Shown here: positions 12,101-25,500 of the stretch, in pieces
How the letters are laid out: the number at the start of each line of letters is the position of its first letter
How positions within the stretch are numbered: the stretch's first letter is position 1
Assembly (NCBI GenBank): GCA_040954595.2
Contig: CM082597.2
Coordinates: forward strand, 5,833,244 to 5,897,243
DNA length: 64,000 bases
Direction: 5' to 3'
Origin: Balanoglossus misakiensis
Taxonomy: Eukaryota; Animalia; Hemichordata
Notes under the pieces: generated by a model
Seen by the model: the letters and a program-made list of their open reading frames with translations, nothing else
The model's database searches: none
Told to the model about the DNA's origin: nothing
Program-made: the position numbers and the translations under genes

Positions 12101-15100
12101 TATTGAGAGTTTCACAAAATCGTTTGGCACTACTATATGCAAATTCACTAGTCCCTGAACGCGCTACATGTTATTCCAACATGTTGCTTTTCATTCATTC
12201 ATTCATTCATTCATTCATTCATTCATTCATTCATTCATTCATTCATTCATTCATTCAAGTAAATATCGGGATAAACTTATAGTTACAGGGATGTGTATCC
12301 TACGGTGATGCCTTGGGGGGCTCGCCGGCCGTAAGACACAAGGGCCCTGAAGCCTTGCATAGCTAGACATGTCCGTACTCCGAGTTTTTTTATCTTCTAC
12401 AAAAGTATTGAGAGTTTCACAAAATCGTTTGGCACTACTATATGTAAATTCACTAGTCCCTGAATGCGCTACATGTTATTCCAACATGTTGCTTTTCATT
12501 CATTCATTCATTCATTCATTCATTCATTCATTCATTCATTCATTCAAGTAAATATCGGGATAAACTTACAGTTACAGGGATGTGTACCTTACGGTGATAC
12601 CTTGGGTGCTCACCGGCCGTAAGACACAAGGGCCCTGCAGCCATGCATAGCTAGAGACGTGTCCGTGCTCCGAGTTTTTTTTTCTATCTTCTTCAGTAGT
12701 ATTGAGAGTTCAACAAAATCGTTTGGCACAACTATTTTCAAACGCATTAGTCCCTGAACGCGCTACATGTTATTCCAAAATGTTGCGTTTCATTCATTCA
12801 TTCATTCATGTAAATATCGGGATAAAGTTACAGTTACAGGGCTGTGTACCTTACGGTGATGCCTTGGGTGCTCACCGGCCGTAAGACACAAGGGCCCTGC
12901 AGCCATGCATAGCTAGAGACGTGTCCGTGCTCCGAGTTTTTTTATCTTCTACAAAAGTATTGAGAGTTTCACAAAATCGTTTGGCACTACTATATGCAAA
13001 TTCACTAGTCCCTGAACGCGCTACATGTTATTCCAACATGTTGCTTTTCATTCATTCATTCATTCATTCATTCATTCATTCAAGTAAATATCGGGATAAA
13101 CTTACAGTTACAGGGATGTGTACCTTACGGTGATGCCTTGGGGGGCTCGCCGGCCGTAAGACACAAGGGCCCTGAAGCCATGCATAGCTAGACGTGTCCG
13201 TACTCCGAGTTTTTTTTATCTTCTACAAAAGTATTGAGAGTTTCACAAAATCGTTTGGCACAACTATTTTTAAATTCACTAGTCCCAGAACGCGCTTCAT
13301 GTTATTCCATAATGTTGCTTTTAAACACATAAATATCAGGAAAAACTTGCAGTTAGCGAGTGTTTGTACTCCTGATCGCCATTTTGAAATCCAACGCAGT
13401 TTCGGGAAAAATCCAGGGAATTGCAGCTATACTATCTAGGTTTTGCTGCTTGACAGCCTTTCTTTCCATCTAGACGGTGTAGATTCGCCGCTTTGCTGAT
13501 ATTTCTTACCTAGGCCTGAAAACAGAAGCACATGAATCTTATTATTTTGTGATTGTTTAAACTGACTGTCATAAGAATAACGATTTTATTTCCAGGTTGC
13601 GTCACCTACCACGTTTTCGGGTATATGGATCAGCCTTCTGCCTACAGTTTTTGTGAGCGATTAGGTCTCCGTCTTGTTAAAGATGACAGCGAAGAAAAAC
13701 ACGCAGCTATAGTAAACAGTTTAAAAGGACGAGGCTTTATTCCATACACTGAATTATGGATAGATGCTCGACTGACTGACAACGGAAGCGTAGTCACAAG
13801 AGACGGGGAAATTTTGACTCACAAGCCCAGGGGTACAGATTTTTCAGAAAATGATGGAGAGTGTCTCGCACTGGCGTGAGTTCAGCGTTTTCAAACTATA
13901 TTATAATATGCAAAACTGTGTGATTTTTTTTGCTCATAATAATACAGCTCAACTTGAAGCAATCATTCTGTGTCATGCGCAGAAGCTGACAATGGAAAAT
14001 CAGTAGGGACAGAGTTTATTGACAATTTAAAGACATGCAGATGTTACAATAGACAATATATTCGGATCACAATTATATTTCTTTTGTAATTGCGTACACA
14101 TGTCTCCTTTTGTGGAAAAATTCAATTCGGTAACTGTAAGATATGTCCAGATTTATCTCATCGTTTACCAAACTTTCACAACAAAATGTGTTACAACAAT
14201 CTAACTCTGATTTATTTAAGTTTCTGCCAATTTTAGATCATGTAGACTTTATTCTCCATTGTCTTTGGATCTTAGTCAACCGTTAAGGAGAAATTGCAGA
14301 AAACGTTTTGTAGTATACATTATAATATACCTCATGCTAATACTGTGTTGTGATTCGCCATAATCCGTCACGTGATAGGAAAATATAATCGACGATGGAT
14401 CCCTAGGGAAAATTTCAATCGGAAACTGTGAGATATGTCCATTTTACCGTTGAACAAAAACCTGTCTCTGCAAAAATGTGGTACAACAATCTAACAAATT
14501 TATCTCATGTTTCTGACAATTTAAGATCACGTGGATTGAATTCTTCATTGTTGTTTGATGGTTGATCGGCGTTAATGAGTGGAGATAACATATTATTACT
14601 TGACGTTTCAATTACCAGGAATGACGCATGGATAAATATTAATTGTAACACGAACGGCACCGTCGGCCCTCTATTGGAGGTTCTGTGTGAAAATGCGAGT
14701 AAGTTCTAGTTCAATTAATTCTTTTACACTTACTTCATACTTTTCCTTATGACTGATCGACCTATCTTTGTTGGTTCAAGTGGAAAGACACGTTTTTAAT
14801 TTATGTATTTTTATAACATTTGCCTCTTTATGTATATGAAACAATCACCTTCTTAAATTGATATAACATGTATTTGGTTTATTTACGAAATATATGTAGA
14901 TACTTATCGGTGTTTTTTCGCCATTTTTATTATTATACAGACGACAAATAAACGCTTAATTAGAGACACTAAACCATTATAGACATTTATTTTAAAGCCT
15001 CTATAGCTGCCAAATTTCACATTATTTCCGCAGTAAAATACTTCAAATATATTCCCTATCCTCTAAAATCCTCACCATTATGCCGTATTACCTGCAATTG

Positions 15101-18100
15101 CATCAGTTTGTCATCTCTTGGCGTGGCATACCACGATAGCTGCGTACTGTTTGTATGGAGGCTGATTAAATCGGTGCGGCACCTGTTTAATACATGTTCA
15201 AAATTGCAATCGGGCATCGATAAGGTGTTCATGTATACCTATCAGCTAGTAGGCTTATTTAGATGGATCAATTTAAGTTGGAAAATAAAATCATGAAAAT
15301 AATGCAAAAAGTGGCAGCTTTAGAGGATTTTAAGGGAAATAAATTACGTTTATCTCATTTGCAGCTTCTTTCGACTTAACTACGACTCTCACGAGGAGCG
15401 TGGTTGATGCACACAAGGTATGTGAAAAGTTTGGGTTACGTCTTCTAACCGACACAACCCCATGGGATTACGACCAGTACTGTTTGGGCGGTCCATTGGT
15501 GCAGGATTTTGTGGGTTATATATGGATTGATGCTTTCATCGCGGCAGATGGCAAAGTCAAGACAGCCAGTGGTTTTATATTGGAATACACGCCTTTTATT
15601 GGCAACGTGCGATTAGAAGTCGGATTGTGCGTTTACGTAGAGTGAGTCATTCTTTGTTCACGCTGTTTTCCGCGTTGCTAGAACCGTATGCATGTTTTTC
15701 CATTTCTTTAATCATTTTAACTAGCTGTCATAGGCGTTGGAACTTGCGAGATTACTTTGGAGAAAAGATGGCAGTTAAATGTGTGTATGCTTGTTGCAAC
15801 ATGTGTTTCTTATCTTAAAGGTTACAATCAGTAATTTGCACTATTTCTGGTATTTTATCAACTTAATCTGCCATATCGTCTGAATTGCAAAGCATACTTT
15901 GAGCATGGTACTCTACAGCTAACGCTGATTGCATTACAATTCCAACATGTGCCCTACAACATGAAAGACAGTGGATGTAAGAAAGTAATCGGAACCCTGC
16001 GCATGTCAAGATTGAGTTTTTATATTGAACGATTTTGGAAAACTAAGCCAGGGTATGCTTCATGAATAATTATTTTATTCAAATAACGCAAAATGTGGCG
16101 TTATGACCAACCCGCATTCTGTAGAGATCACTATTGACACTGTACAGCAATCATTGAACAAGTCTTAAACAATAATTTGTTATACAGTTGCGACGACGAA
16201 ATAATTAGTAGAAAAACCATATGGTCCCTTGAAAACTGCACTGAGAATAGACTGGTTGTTTGCGAGGATAAAAGTAAGTAGTTGTGACATCAGCCTTTCC
16301 TGCATAGTTGACCACCTGTGTAGTTCTGTGGTGTGTATACATACAACATATGCCATAATACATGGAAAGTCGACAAATGCATACGCATGGTAACTACATT
16401 TATATGCGTTGGAAGGGAGTCACATTGGAAATGCCTGTATGTGTAATGGACCATCTCTTGTTGCTTTCGGTAAATGGATAATTGAAACAAAAGTTGTATT
16501 GTTCCGCCACAAGACGGTTAAATGATGGTCCTGCAGTGTATAGGAAGAGAATCGAAGGAACAATGACTTAAACTATTGCAGCGCCTTAACTTCAGTGTGG
16601 ACATGAACATTCCGCTAGGTTATATAGGTTGAAAACTAAGTGAAACTCTAGATAATAGTCAAGTTGTTTGAAGACCATATTCGTCTGCTTGCCTTTGCAT
16701 GTGTCAACTTAGTGCCGTGTACATACAAGGGAGTCGAATAATAATATCCAAATGTTTCATGGACATTATTGGCATGATTATTGGCATGTTTGATCTCGCG
16801 ATGACTTTTGTATGAGATTATTTTTACCGATTTCATTAGTATACACAGATAAAGGAATGCATGACATTGAAATTATTTATGACTGACTTGACATGAAAGG
16901 AGGTTGTTGACAACGGAGTAAAGATGTCCCCTGAAAATGTTATATATTCATGTACTATTTTTAAGTCACGAATGCCTTCTCAATTTTATAAATACAACAC
17001 ATAATATTTTGGCACCTCTCACATCATCTGTCTTTTACATTTGCAACATTCAGATGACTTACTTCTGCTGCGGGAGAGCTTGGTCAGGATAAGTGACGAT
17101 GAATTCAGAACAGCAGATGTGGTAAGAAAGGTTTCAATCATTTGAGACTGATGTAATGCACTGTAGTGTAAAAAGCCACAAGTTAGCGACGTCCACTGAA
17201 ACGTACTTTAAATGTCTTTATGGGATATGACTATTTTGTGACAACCACATACTAAATAGCTGTATTTTCTTTTGCCAGGGTATTAGTGTAATTGACAAGG
17301 TGGACACTTTAACCTCTGACCTCTTAAATAAAAGTGTCATATTTGAAGGAAGAATTCTATTTGCAAAAGGTATTGTGATCTTTTTTATTTAAGACCGCAA
17401 TGATCCGTGACGTCATTATGTATTTCAACACCGTCCGCATTAAATATCATTCAATGATGTAAATACGATAATGGTATCATACGCAGAAATGTAGAACCCT
17501 ACAATCCCTAAGCGTATCGAATATGTGTCAACTATACTTCGTTTGTTTCAATGAATCATGCAGATAATTGGTGTCCATCAATTATGTTATTCTCAGAAAA
17601 ACTAAGCATTGGGCAATTCCAAAAGCTGATGGATACGAGAAAAGAGACACACTTATTATCAACCGGCGTATGATGCAATAGCCGATGCAGACCGACAGAG
17701 TGAGAAAGTTTTAAATGTCAATAATTATAAATTTCAGAAACACTGAATGTTATGCAAAATGTGGTAGACAGAATGCAGTCCCTAATTGACGCCAATCCGA
17801 GCGACAGGCTGAAACCCGGGCAGGCAAATCACCTGACAAAGATAACAACGAAAGTATTCCGCCAGTTATCAATGTTTATACTGAACGAGACTAATTATGG
17901 ACATGGACCAATCATCGTGAAAACGTCTTCTCTTGTGCTGCATCTGGAAAAGAACTTTACGCAGGACTTGTGCGACACCAGTATAATGATTGGAGATGGA
18001 AGTGGATTCAATATTCCACCAGCAGACAGTATGTTTCCACAATTGTCGCAGGACACAGTCTTGAACGTGATGGTTCGTATACAACGTCTATAATCAGAAA

Positions 18101-20502
18101 AAAAAATATTTCATTTTCAATCATACACTGCTCTATACTTCTATATTGATATTTGTATACTATTGGTCGTTAGGACTTTTCCGCCAGTAAACTATAATAT
18201 GACGTCCCAGTGATCTTGCAATCATTAATGGAATGAATTGTAGGCTGATATTTGTGTTGAGTCAATGCATCCGTTGCAATTGATTTTTAAAAAATTAGCC
18301 CATACTATATTTTAATGATGATCTTTGGTTTTATGTACAGTATATGTTGTTGTCATCTTGTGTCCTTATGCTCAAGAATAATTAAAGTAATTTTTTGCCT
18401 TTAGATTTTCCGTTTGGGTGTAAATCCCCACAGATTGGCAAATGACACATATGGCTTTACTACCGATATACTGACCTTGGAATTCAGAGATGAAGATGGT
18501 AATGAGATTAAAGGTTGGTTTTCATTAAGGCCAAAAGTGGCATCCTAACATTCTTAGGGAACTCACAACAATACTTGAAATGTGCAGGGGAAAGAAGTTG
18601 CCTCTCTGGAACGCCTTGTCTTAAGGGGTTATTGATTAGGCATGGAGCATGTCCTGTGTCACCATTGTCGTAACGATGCACAATTTAAACTGGAAAAGGC
18701 GAATTCCTTCTTTAAAACAACTTTACCTAGAAACTAAGCAACATATTTGTATACAAATACTCGCTCATAATTTCATCTTGGAGGGCGTAACTAGATTAAT
18801 GACCAATCTGTGAATATACTTTTGAAATCAGTTTGAGTTATAACATAACATTTTTATTTTCAGTGAAAAATGCATCAGAGGATCTCGGTGTATGGCTTGG
18901 TAATTATCAGACACCTATAAATGAAAGCATCGTCAGGGGATTATACGTGGAAAGTGAAGGAGTCACTAACTATGCATTGACAGTAACGGTAATCTTCACA
19001 TACTATATGAAGTTCACTGATCATTACATGTTTTCTGATCTAGTCTTTAACATAACCATTTGATCAACAGGGCAAAACTCAAACATGAGTATTAATGGTA
19101 TTGGTGTTATTTCAAACATAGTGTTATCTGTTACCTCACAAATTTCATTATGTGAAGTTTATCATGCGTCGATTTCTCATTATTTTCGTTGCAGGCGCTA
19201 TCGGCCTACTCTGCATTTCAAATAATCCTGGAAGCATCAGCGCCTGTCTTCGAGACTACTACAGCATACATGTCACTGGAAAGACTTGACGCCGTCGGTG
19301 GCTACAGTGATTTCCATTATGTAACTGAGTTGGTATTTGCAGGGTGTACAGCATCCATATTTCTACCAGAAGCAAAGATCACCAGGACGGGCTTGTATTA
19401 CATATTCTTTGACCTTACCAGTGGTAAGATTGTGGTATTTACATAATTAATACGACTATTGCACAATGATCGTTGATTGCAACACATAGTTGTGTTTTCT
19501 TTTCTTTTCTTTTTTTTGCTGTTTATGCTTCTTTTTAATTTAAAAAACGAACATGCATATGTAGAAAGTTATACTACGATCTTGCGGTTTTAATATAGCT
19601 TTCCCAATTTTCTAATTTTACTATCGAGCTTAGATGGGTCCATCTAAATATGCTTACTTATGTTTATCTAAATATGCTTACTGATTGTTATACATTTACT
19701 TCTTGTCGATGCCCAATTGTGACTGTATGTTGCAATTTGATCAAGTGATATATTAAACGGGAGCTCAACCTGTTTAATCGGCCTCCATACAAAGGTGTAC
19801 ACAAAACACGTGGTATGCGTTCTGTATTTCTTTTGCCTTTAGCAGTATAATACAAAAAATTATGAATTTCATTTTCTGGGTGCACACAACCTTACAGACA
19901 CTCCAGTTGGTTTTATATGGAATATGTTGATGTAACCTCAGTTCTGTATATCTTTTTTTCACTACAGCCCGTGGGGTTGACATCACTGTTCTCACTACTC
20001 AACACAGATGTAGTTACTTTGACGAGACTAACTGGCAAAATGATGGTTGTAAGGTATACAAATTAATTTCTTCTAAATTTTGCACAAGTTGAAATGCTCC
20101 ATGTACTTGCGATTGATGAAATTTAAAGACAAGTGGCAATCAGTGTGATTTCAGTGGTTACTATGGATAAATTTGCAACAAAAACTTAAAATGCAGAACA
20201 AGGTACTGCATCTTACAATTAATACTGACACATGGAAAATACCGTAAACGTACAAAATGTACTGATTCACGTGGGGGCGCTTTTCCTTGTTTAAATTAAC
20301 GCTGGGATTTGAACCAGGTGTTTGATCTTGTTTCACTTGCAAAGAAACGCCCAATGCTTTGTCATCACGTTTTTTTCTGCTTGATATCTTGCAGGTGTCA
20401 CCAAAATCCGACTTCAATTCTACCCTGTGTCTGTGTAATCACCTGACTGTTTTCAGTGCAATGGTGGGAGTTGTTGAATCTGATGGACGATTCCACGTTT
20501 AG
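9194..20502 (+). CDS. Lectin-GAIN/GPS paralog 2: signal peptide + 2 C-type lectin-like domains + GAIN/GPS, ~653-661 aa, no TM
   Basis: 13 exons: 9194-9305, 13596-13875, 14619-14698, 15365-15641, 16188-16273, 17054-17121, 17279-17369, 17738-18072, 18405-18513, 18864-18988, 19195-19423, 19968-20053, 20395-20502. Total 1986 nt, phases consistent. Hydrophobic leader LTLIATFVILSVTLVQQA. CTLD motifs AYSFCERLGLRLV...LWIDA...C...W..INC...VLCE and AHKVCEKFGLRLL...IWIDA...C...W..ENC...VVCE. GPS CLCNHL-T, then stop. The start may be the second Met at 9218. Confidence 0.88.
9331..13518. mobile_element. Non-autonomous DNA transposon with ~400-bp imperfect TIRs, 5-bp TSD and internal satellite array, in intron 1 of paralog 2
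   Basis: Starts CAAGCCTAGGTAAGAAATATCAGCAAAGCGGC and ends GCCGCTTTGCTGATATTTCTTACCTAGGCCTG. AAAAC is duplicated at 9326-9330 and 13519-13523. The paralog-3 intron shows the empty site (CTCAAAACAGGAG at ~22680). Segment 9331-~9745 is the imperfect reverse complement of ~13145-13518. Confidence 0.9.
9752..13205 (+). repeat. Tandem array of 12 units of ~260-340 bp, each with a variable (TTCA)n tract
   Basis: Units start near 9752, 10013, 10281, 10594, 10932, 11195, 11487, 11813, 12076, 12381, 12671 and 12933. Length differences come from (TTCA)n. This produces the spurious HSFI-repeat ORFs. Confidence 0.95.
14992..15333. mobile_element. TTAA-flanked MITE (Kolobok-like); related pieces at ~34220-34570, ~53070-53288, ~55466-55660, ~6240-6335, ~19700-19790
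   Basis: TTAAAGCCTCTATAGCTGCCA...TGGCAGCTTTAGAGGATTTTAA termini. The core GAGGCTGATTAAATCGGTG...CAATCGGGCATCGATAAGGTG recurs elsewhere. Confidence 0.65.
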
Positions 20503-21511
20503 CACAGGGGCGACCTTTGGGTCTACATACATGTATGTGACAAGATAAGCTTTTCGGGCGAGTTCTAAACAGATGATGTAGCATTCAAAATGTGTTCGTG
20601 TTTTTTAGACTTTATGAAGCAAGAAATGTTCATATTGCAGTTTTGGAAAGAGTTTTTAGGTGATAATGAATCAAGTAAAAAGCATAGATGTATATTTAGC
20701 TAGAGGTGTCCGAAAGAGAAGCGTTTGGATGAAAATTTGATGTTTAAAAAAGAATTGCATTTTGTTAGGTTGCGTACGTCTATGATTGATTGTGTTTGTC
20801 TGTAGTCAGGCGGAGTAATACACTGTTTCATAATTGTACTGCGACACTTTTCGCACTCTTACATTGTTCTTGCCCAGTGCGCTTACGCTGGACAGAAACA
20901 CAAGGACCGATGGGTCTGAAATGAGCATTGACGGAGGTTTATAAAAATCATATAGTTCGATGTAATTTACACATGTCTTTGCAATGTGCCAGGATAGCAT
21001 ATATACATGTATACATTTATCAATGTTTCTGTTTTGTAATAACCAGTACTGTCACTTGCCATTGTAATAACCCGTTATTGTACTTGTCATTAATTGGCGG
21101 AGTTATAGTATTCTGTAATTGTGACATATCCCACAGCAGATGTAAATCATCAGTTGAATAATGAAAATGTGCTGATAACGTGAGAAGCGGTGGAACGTGA
21201 CAAATTGTCTGTCTAGAATTACACAGTTTGAGAATAAAAAGGGACCATAAATAAATTAAAAGCAACTCTCTCAATATCTAACCTCTGGGAATCTGTATTG
21301 TAGCATCATTGCCGTGTACAATGCATGGAAAGCAGGACATTGTATATCATATATAAGCCTACACTCAAGAGAGATGCATATTTACAAGACATATGCAGAA
21401 TTTCTATAAATTGAGTCAAACCAGCTACACATATTGTTATGCAAAACGGCCCACCCCAACATACATTCCACCATCTGCGTACCTGCATATGAACGCGCCT
21501 CCCCCCTTGTA

Positions 21512-21660
21512 CGTATGTATGTATGTATGTATGTATGTATGTATGTATGTATGTATGTATGTATGTATGTATGTATGTATGTATGTATGTATGTATGTAT
21601 GTATGTATGTATGTATGTATGTATGTATGTATGTATGATTAAATGAATGAATGAATGAAT
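21512..21660. repeat. (GTAT)n microsatellite followed by (GAAT)n
   Basis: Directly visible; source of the MYVC/HTYI ORFs. Confidence 0.97.
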
Positions 21661-22543
21661 GTAAAATTTGCATAGTAATTTGTAATAGCTGCGAAGTGAA
21701 TTTTGGTGAGGATCTAAATTCATTATTCTATACTTACAATGTAGGTAATGTGTTTACCTGACATACACAGGAATGAAAACAGAAAATGTATCCCTGATCT
21801 ATTGAACAGAAAACAAAAATAGTTTGTTTTTAAATCTCTCCATTGTCCATTCCTTGTCTAGATGAAAATGCTATTTTGGCCGACCTAAGTATAAAATCTT
21901 TAGTTTATATCAGACAAAGCAATTTGTTGGGTGGGTGGGTGGGTGGGTTGGGTGAGTGAGTGAGTGAGTGAGTGAGTGAATATTTCTTGAGTGAGTATGT
22001 CGTGATTAGATAGGTTATACAAAGCCTTTGAAAAATTGTGCATACTCTACATAGTGCCCGCCGATCGATTTTTTTGGAATGCGGATATAAGGGGGGGAAA
22101 AAACTATGCATTATGGGTATATTTTGCAGATATGTTTGTATCATATGTGCCGTAGACATATTTATCTTCACCGACATCGCCCGCAGCGGAAGTTAGTCAT
22201 CATCTGAATAATGCAAATGTGAAATGAAGATGACGTTAGAGGCGATAAAATCTTACAATTAGACTTCTAGAATTGCAATTTTTTGAATAAGAAATGTTGC
22301 CATAAATAAATTAAAGCCACTCTTTCAGGATTTACCTCAGAACCCTAACCGATGGGTTAACCTCTGGGAATCCGTATTGTAGCCTTATTATTGACGTGGA
22401 CAAAGCACTAAAGACAAGTTATTAAATATAGATTACATGTACACTCTTGGGTCATACGCATATTTTGTCACTTTGTTCATATATTAGATAATCGCAGATT
22501 AGTCGCAAAGCATTCAACTGTGGCTTGCCTGAGAAGCTGTAAA

Positions 22544-25500
22544 ATGTTAAAAGATTGTGGTAAAATACCTTCGACGTTGACTCTCGTCGCTACATTCGTG
22601 ATGTTGTCGGTGACATTGCTGCAGCAAGCAGGTAAGACACTAATTATGGATTTTTGCACGTTCAGAAAGTCTAAAGCTGCTCAAAACAGGAGCTCATAAG
22701 TCTTATCATCGTGTTATTGGAAAATGAATGATTGTAATAAGAATAACGATTTGATCTCCAGATTGCAACTTCTTGCGCGGGTGGTCGGATCACGCTACAG
22801 CTTACACGGTTTGTGAGCGATTGGGTCTTCGCCTTGTTAAAGTTGACAGTGAAAGAAAAAACGCAGCTATAGTAAACACTTTAGAGAAACGAGGCATCGC
22901 TGATTTATGGTACTGGATAGACGGACTGTTAATTGACGACGGAAGCGTAGTCACAAGAGAAGGGGAAATGTTGACCATCCAGTCGCAGGTTGAATTGAAA
23001 TGGGGAAATTGCGTCGCAATGAAGTGAGTTGAGAGTTTTGACAATATATTTAAATATGAAAAATAATGTCTTTGTGGTCATTTTAATATAGCTTAATCCA
23101 GTGCAGAGGCATGCAATCTGTAAAAATATATCAGTGGGGACAGAATTAATTTACATTTTAATGATATCCAGATGTTACAATCGGCAATGTTTCCAGAAAA
23201 ACATTATTGGCAATTGCACGCCCATATACCTCGAGTTTTATATGGGAAATTTCTATCTGCAACTTTGATATATGTCCAGTTTTCTATCAACGTTACTTTA
23301 GAACACCAAGCTTTGTCTGCAAAATGTGGTAAAACATTTAACCATATTTGTCTATTTTTTGCAAATTTTAGATCTAGTTGATCTAATTACCAATTATCTC
23401 CGGGTCTTAATACAATTAAAGGGAAAATGTAGAAAACGTTTCAATATAGTTTGTCAGATGTATGGGTTGACTTGCGTTAAGGGGTGAAACTTTAATATAC
23501 TTTCAAAACTTTTTAATTCACAGAACAGAGTGGGGCTATTTTAAGTGTTCGCGCGTCCATGGCGTTTTATGTGAAAATGCAAGTAAGTTACGGTTTAATA
23601 AAGATCTTTTAACCAAGTTCATGGTTGTTCCTAGCGAGTGATCTAATCTATCATGTTTTTTGGTATTCTATAACATTTTACTCACGTGATTCAGTATCTC
23701 ACGAGGTTATACTGGTATTATATGTGGTCGATTATCTGCTTAGGCCTATTTGCATATTTAATGACATTTTCTAATTTATGCTATATTTCCGAAATTACTG
23801 CACCGAATTTGATGAAATTTGCTACAGATATTGAATGTGGCCGACATGTGGTTGTGTTATGAGAAATTTAGCAATGAAATGTTAATTAATGGCTAATTTT
23901 CAGATTTAATGACTTTAATCAATCGGCCTCAAACGATCCAGAGATCATACAGCAAATCCGATGAATCTCTAGATATTGTTTTCACGTCTATTAAGCTGCA
24001 TTTAGTAATAACTTACAGCTCATTTGAATTTTATGAACCTGTTTTGTTTAGTGCTATGTTTCTGAAATAAATGTACCGAATTTGATGAAACATGCTAGAA
24101 ATGTTGATACGACAGGAATCTGACTATATTGTAAGACATTTCGCAGTGTCATGTTAATTAATGAATAATTTGCATATTTAACTAATTTGTGCAGTTAGCC
24201 CTTCGAATCCCGAGTTCCTGCACCAAATTTAATTGAAATTGTCAGCCAAACTGTTTCTATATCAATTATACTGTATTTAAAAATACTGTGCCTATTTCTA
24301 ATCAATGCAAGGCAAATTTGCATATTTTATGACTTGTTCTGATTAGTGCTCTGTTTCTGAAAATAATGCACTGAATGTGATGAAATGCTTAAATTATTAA
24401 TCTTCAAGTTTCCTTTAGCTATGGATAAGAGTCAATTCACGTCATTTTTTTTCTTTAAGTGGTCAAAATGTATTGGTTTATTTAGATAAATAATTTGAAA
24501 AAAAAATATGATAATTATCCCAAAAGTTGCAGCCTATATGCAATTGCACCAAAACAAAATATACTTTTTTCCGTATTCGAATTTGACGGGAAAGAAATGA
24601 CGTTTTTCCCCCAATATGCAGCATCTTTAGACTTTATTCCCACACGGGCGAGCATGATGTCTTCATACCAGCTATGTGAGAAGAGTGGGCTCCGTCTTCT
24701 GACTGACACCACTGAATGGAACATCGACCAGTATTGTGCGTCCATTTGTAAGGGATGGCACCCAAGATTTTGGATTGACGCCACCATCACGGCAGATGGC
24801 ACTGTGAAGACAAGCAGCGGTTTGGTATTGGAACACTCCCATTATGCCCCCGACCAGAATCTTGACGTCGGGTCGTGTATTTACGCAAGGTGGGTCGCTG
24901 TCTGTTCAAGCTACTTTCCTTAGTGCCACACAGAAGACATAGTTTTACATTTCTTTCATGACGTTACGTTAATTGTCATAGAGTTTCAACATAGGAGAAA
25001 TGATGGCAGTTGAATGATTTGAATAAGTGTGTATTGTTACGTTTTCTTATCCCAAAGGTAACTCTCTGCTGCTAAAAATCACTACTTTTGCACTATTTCT
25101 GGTATTTTGTCAAGTTTGAGTTCTATGTTTTGCCTTTTGGTAATTAACTTTACCTGCTATATCGTCTGAATCGCAAACCACAATGTGAGCATGATACTTT
25201 ACAGCTAACGCTGGCTGCAATATCATTCCAACATGCGTTTTACAGCATAGTAGACAGTGGATGTAGGAAATTTATCGGAACCATGCCCATACCAAATTTG
25301 ATTTTAAATATTCATAACGATTTTAGAACACTAAGCCAGGGTGTGGCAGCACGGTTAATGATTTTATTCATTAATGCAAACTTTGCAGGTTGGTCATGAG
25401 GCCATCCTATAGAGATCATTCTACACACGTATGATTATCAATATAGACACTGTGCAGTGACCATTGTAGACATTAACTTCAATAAGCGTTGTGAACAGTG

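Noticed and set aside
9709-13439. Series of similar ORFs with HSFI repeats; regular repeat array resembling CRISPR
   Set aside because: These are translations of a satellite with (TTCA)n. There are no unique spacers or cas genes, and the context is eukaryotic and intronic.
9331-13518. RAG/Transib-type element because of the 5-bp TSD
   Set aside because: Termini are CAAG/CAGG rather than CAC(A/T)(A/G)TG heptamer-like, and there is no transposase ORF.
21382-21723. MYVC/HTYI repeat proteins
   Set aside because: Translations of the (GTAT)n microsatellite.
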